This document shows, piece after piece, positions 62,201-64,000 of a stretch of 64,000 bases of DNA (positions are counted from its first letter, which is position 1; every line of letters starts with the position of its first letter). The stretch lies in IMG/VR virus record IMGVR_UViG_3300045988_115163; one strand, written 5' to 3'. This stretch comes from a virus. Under the pieces are notes generated by a model. It ran no database searches. It had not been told where the DNA came from and worked only from the letters and a program-made list of their open reading frames with translations. The translations under genes and the position numbers were made by a program.

Positions 62201-64000
62201 CATGGTGGTATTGCTGCATGGTATGGTGGTTCTATGAAGGACTATTTCGATTATACTGATTTGGACAGACCGAAAGATGTAGCCAAAGGAGTTGACCGCA
62301 TGGATGGTACTGGATATCGGGCTAACGGAAACTTATGGTGGGACGAAAATGGTGAGGTTCACGCTGACCCGCTTTCTTTCTTTGTTGGAACAGAAACAGT
62401 TGGTGGATTGTTAGCGTCTTTCCAAGTGGTAATGACCAATAAAAAACCGGACTATCTTATTCCAAAAGTACCATTCCAAGACTTAACCATATCAAACAAT
62501 CTCACAGTTGGTGGAGACATCATCTTAAAAGATGGTATTCTGAAATGGGATGCGGCTAACAATGCTTTCTATGTAGAAAAGAAAGACGGTTCTATCGCTA
62601 GCTTCTATGCAACCGGAGAAGTATCAGCCGGAGGTGCTGGCTCTGGTGGAAGTGGTGGCGGAGGCGGTCTCATTGAGAACGTCTATGGCTCTTCTTCTCT
62701 TGGAGACGAATTTTCTGATTCAGACTTAAACAATACGTTCAACGCCTACAGTATCAATCAGATATATTTGGACGTAAAAAATTTGAAGTCTGGTGCAGCC
62801 GTCAGTTTAGTTGTTAATGGAACAGGAACAGTTCTTACGAATATTGTAAAAACAGGTTCAACGATTACCGCTACCAAAGGAAATCTAGCATTCTCTTCAT
62901 TGACATCAAAGCCAACTACCATCGCTGGTTATGGCATTACAGATGCTTATACTAAAACTCAGGCAGACGGTAAATATGTTTTAAAGTCTGGTAGTAATAT
63001 GACCGGAACACTGAACTGGGTTGGTGCAGATGCAAATATTTATCCCATTCTTTTAGGAACAAACCATTATATAGGCATTGATGGTTCTGCGGGAAGTTCC
63101 ATGTTGCATTGGGATGGAACTAGAACTCATGTGGGGTCTTTAAATGGTTCTGTTGCTATCAGGTCTAACGCAACAGACCTTATTCATAATTATAATGGCA
63201 CTGGATATATTATACTAGATGCTCGTAACTACAATAACTATGCTCCCAAAAAAGATGGGACGGGTGCTGGCGGAAATTGGGCTATCAATGTTTTAGGATG
63301 GGCACATCGGCTACATCAAGCATTGGGAAATAAAACAGCGGAACAAGTATTTACCGACAATGGAGTATATTATTACCAAGTATCAAGTGCCGAGGATACC
63401 GGTTATCCGACTGATTATGGTCATGGACTTATGCTTCAAAAGTCTTCTGGGGATACGCTTACAAGTTCACAAGCTGTTCTTGATATATTCACTCCGACTT
63501 CGGGGACTAACCTTGTATATCTAAGAACAGGTATAGGGAATGGCACGAAAATAACATGGCAGGCATTCCAGCAAATACTTCATACAGGGAACTACACTTC
63601 TCTTATCACTAAGTTGGGAACAGCGACCGTTGGTTCTACCGTTAAACCATTCTATCTTAATGCGGGTGTTCCTACAGCATTTACAACGACCGTTGGTTCT
63701 GCTAGTCTTCCTGTATATATGAATGCTGGCTCTATTACAGCATGTTCAACGACGCTGGGTGTAAGCATCACGGGAAACGCAGCCACAGCGACAAAGTTGG
63801 GTACGGCTACCGTAGGTTCTAATACGAAGTTCTTCTATTTGAATGCGGGTACTCCGACGGCTTCTAATGCTTCTATTGGTACAGGTACTCACCCAATCTA
63901 TCTAAATGGGGGTGTATTCACTGCTTCTACCTCTACAGTCGGGTCAGCTAGTAGAGGTATATATATGACTGGTGGATTGCTTACAGCTATGAGCGCAACT
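56228..64000 (+). CDS. giant tail-tip / fibre protein (Tal-like N-terminus, repeat-rich, partial: runs off the window)
   Basis: Manual translation of frame 2 from ATG 56228: 2591 codons without a stop. The ORF track lists no + ORF here because the ORF has no stop in the window. Fibre motifs ADGKRRVF...GDLW, KPTTIAGYGITDA, GNAATATKLG. Confidence 0.8.
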   Translation, partial: MSKQLVKIFTYVDGVNDTPFPNEENQLIIPEYSFSDIRMGSVNLTATAMYPTCLDDKWVTGKQYADFRGERYFIVKTPSSSKSNDDVRYKHDIEFVSERNILETIYFYDVVSDNTSVDRYVSNSTKVLFYGDVHELVARLNYSLEYSQVSYRVVVDAGITSEVKQVSLEDVFVFDAIQEIFNIFELPFYFVGKTCHVGFTDNAITHTFRYGKDYELLSINKTNANYKITNRVTGTGSSDNIQFYYPNPSNDRAEIEAAGGKWITPAGTLMPPIYRDTDGAERFYNAINKRYINPETGEYYVFENEFTTASQKEQIVTFEDIKPTIKNTLNAAGLRIDEIIDVAFDKDDNDEVDESTGDYVHSYFYVKLNRFSGDYGFNLFEQPIVGSDASIVMTSGNCNACTFQIGVIEVEEDGKTVFKNPVQVDKNGNIAEGNYADKVKPNNIQANQQDTTQNEVWIALKKDNTTFGMVMPNKNGNIRPSYGDSFVITNIDMPQTYIYKAENELEEAILKYMANNNSEKFTFSIKLSRIFLAENPAIEALINSSARIDLEYNGKYHQLYVSSYTYRSDSEVLPEITIELADTLTISKNSIQTSIDSVKQDIMNTIGGVDFLKQGLKYFLRKDTEDIARFFISFLRGIKIGNYVSGGDIGGIFAVDGNGKTFIETDFLKVRMKAYFETLEIINTGSIAGRQIITPGGSIKCIKVVDREEIINEDGEKEEKVWNFYRCYFLAEQDGVKVENRFRKNDQALSQDFNIKEGVYENVSNHYYWRLVVGVGDDYIDLSKTDADTKSDAPAIGDVICQLGHRDDKVPERQNAMIFSAVDLYSPSLTMYAGINSYSYVNKDYISYGVDKTTNKAFMNVYGDTYIGDRNRTSYMEFKTGKGLKIKGQLEVGSTIGNGSTIEGALDKATQDAIDAATEDLTNYAKEVTEILNNIQYQIDGQIESFFEKYSPTLTNKPAVDWTTEELKKQHANDTFTNIDTGESWKWVKDGTTWKWSVIEDTATLKALAAASKAQDTADGKRRVFVAKPTNEQVYDVGDLWVNATYGTTYHNDILRAKTAKKAGEAFNISHWELASKYTDDTKANEAAEAAAAAQEAAEQAATAVDNLNTYVDGAFKDGVIEESEAQAIEKYINIVDNAKKTTDAAYTKLYANTYLTGAAKTGLKSAKDKLDIATTNLINSINTAIADGQTTVAEKNDVDAKFAAYNTANEAFSTAVEVANGAIQDLLKSYSDQAKEAAVAAQAAADAAQAAADSASDAVDDLNGYVDGAFKDGVIDEAEAKAIEKYINVVNGSKAATDATYTKLYSNKYLLGTAKENLKTAKDKLDVATTALLTSIQSAIADGKTTAEEKAAVDTKYADFNKANEDFNTAIEAANLSIQNMLKSYADAALAAAEAAQTSADAAKTAADNAAGAVGDLNDYVDGAFKDGIIDASEAQAIEKYINIVNNTKGEVKATFDKLYANVYLTGAAKTGLNSSYTALNTAITNLLNSINTAIADGKTTASEKADVDLKYASFNTAYASFNTAVETANKAIQDKLKTFADDAKALAESAQAVADAAKDRLDSWAEDGVISPTEKQGIKDEIARIKADKDNISAGYELYNLGEATAYNTAYTDYYNSLLVLSDTTKETIEIPTDFATKQTKYYTERTAALNAIASASKSAVDAAQAAADAAKSRLDSWAADGVISPAEKQSIKDERARILADKADITTGYTRYNLGTPTDYNTAYTAYDTALAALSKDTPEVITIPSDFATKQKNYYTKRTAAISAIDAATKSNADAAAAAAAKAQEDIDNVKTDINKINSDVAGLKNFTDDAFADGVVDRGEASAIGAYLKSIATVKADVDKSYTEVYANPLLAGTAKTTLNTTYTAFGKAVEELTTVIEAVVEKGIADATDRASVNGKYDAFNTKYGAFIAALNAANTYIQDQIESKAENALTEAVSYRYLKKAFSEYTIIEGGLVQNSLNVLGYTNDKKEFVVQAGMNGIYDASQTHGGIAAWYGGSMKDYFDYTDLDRPKDVAKGVDRMDGTGYRANGNLWWDENGEVHADPLSFFVGTETVGGLLASFQVVMTNKKPDYLIPKVPFQDLTISNNLTVGGDIILKDGILKWDAANNAFYVEKKDGSIASFYATGEVSAGGAGSGGSGGGGGLIENVYGSSSLGDEFSDSDLNNTFNAYSINQIYLDVKNLKSGAAVSLVVNGTGTVLTNIVKTGSTITATKGNLAFSSLTSKPTTIAGYGITDAYTKTQADGKYVLKSGSNMTGTLNWVGADANIYPILLGTNHYIGIDGSAGSSMLHWDGTRTHVGSLNGSVAIRSNATDLIHNYNGTGYIILDARNYNNYAPKKDGTGAGGNWAINVLGWAHRLHQALGNKTAEQVFTDNGVYYYQVSSAEDTGYPTDYGHGLMLQKSSGDTLTSSQAVLDIFTPTSGTNLVYLRTGIGNGTKITWQAFQQILHTGNYTSLITKLGTATVGSTVKPFYLNAGVPTAFTTTVGSASLPVYMNAGSITACSTTLGVSITGNAATATKLGTATVGSNTKFFYLNAGTPTASNASIGTGTHPIYLNGGVFTASTSTVGSASRGIYMTGGLLTAMSAT
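59477..60871 (+). repeat. three tandem 465 nt (155 aa) coding repeats
   Basis: YVDGAFKDG codons at 59558, 60023 and 60488, giving an exact 465 nt period. A diverged fourth copy lies at ~61556-62020. Confidence 0.75.
60872..61555 (+). repeat. two tandem 342 nt (114 aa) coding repeats
   Basis: RLDSWA(E/A)DGVISP.EKQ.IKDE at 60914 and 61256, giving an exact 342 nt period. Confidence 0.75.

Noticed and set aside
1-64000. Genome-wide TAG stop-codon reassignment, as reported in some gut phages
   Set aside because: TAG terminates several well-delimited genes (34700, 35102, 40320, 53730, 31939), each followed immediately by the next start or a terminator. Only one in-frame TAG was found, so global recoding is not supported.
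1-64000. tRNA genes, CRISPR arrays, reverse transcriptase / DGR or retron
   Set aside because: I saw no cloverleaf-like GTTCGAATC-type T-arm motifs. No spaced repeat occurs more than twice. No ORF carries a YxDD polymerase motif. The fibre-gene repeats are ancient in-frame domain duplications, not template/variable-region pairs.

Overview
This AT-rich 64 kb window looks like most of the genome of a tailed dsDNA phage with a long non-contractile tail (siphovirus-like). The host is probably a Bacteroidota member, because several intergenic TTTG / TAnnTTTG promoter-like boxes occur with about 19 nt spacing and one ORF resembles DUF4494. The layout, in order, is as follows. (1) 1-11.2 kb, + strand: replication module with a sliding clamp, a DUF1376-like protein, an AEP primase-helicase fusion and an ACP-like protein. 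(2) 11.2-14.3 kb, - strand: accessory island with a candidate orphan sRNA unit, two tandem Cys-rich paralogs and a GIY-YIG homing endonuclease. (3) 14.3-16.05 kb: ORF-free hub with a polypyrimidine tract, GTGTATATA iterons, palindromes and promoters. (4) 16.06-25.8 kb, + strand: operon of about 30 small orphan ORFs plus a small serine recombinase, a methyltransferase, a lipoprotein and a truncated HNH, closed by two terminators. (5) 26.4-35.1 kb, + strand: recombination and lysis module with a Rad50/SbcC-like ATPase, SSB-like protein, RecT, a broken MBL-fold nuclease, RuvC-like resolvase, MazG and an M15 endolysin. (6) 35.1-38.7 kb, - strand: operon of unknown function. (7) 38.8-40.3 kb: a split HNH and two divergent DnaA-domain-IV-like HTH genes. 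(8) 40.3-52 kb, - strand: morphogenesis genes, including a 1955 aa tape measure, chaperones with a T7 slippery site, a tail tube with a G6A slippery site plus hairpin leading into an Fn3 ORF, connectors, capsid and scaffold. (9) 52.1-64 kb, + strand: TerL, portal and a giant ORF (more than 2591 codons) that runs off the window and is missing from the ORF track. I saw no tRNA, CRISPR array, reverse transcriptase or known defence/anti-defence family. Four genes are broken at homopolymer runs and one carries an in-frame TAG; these may be sequencing artefacts. All functional calls come from motif recognition by eye, not from searches.
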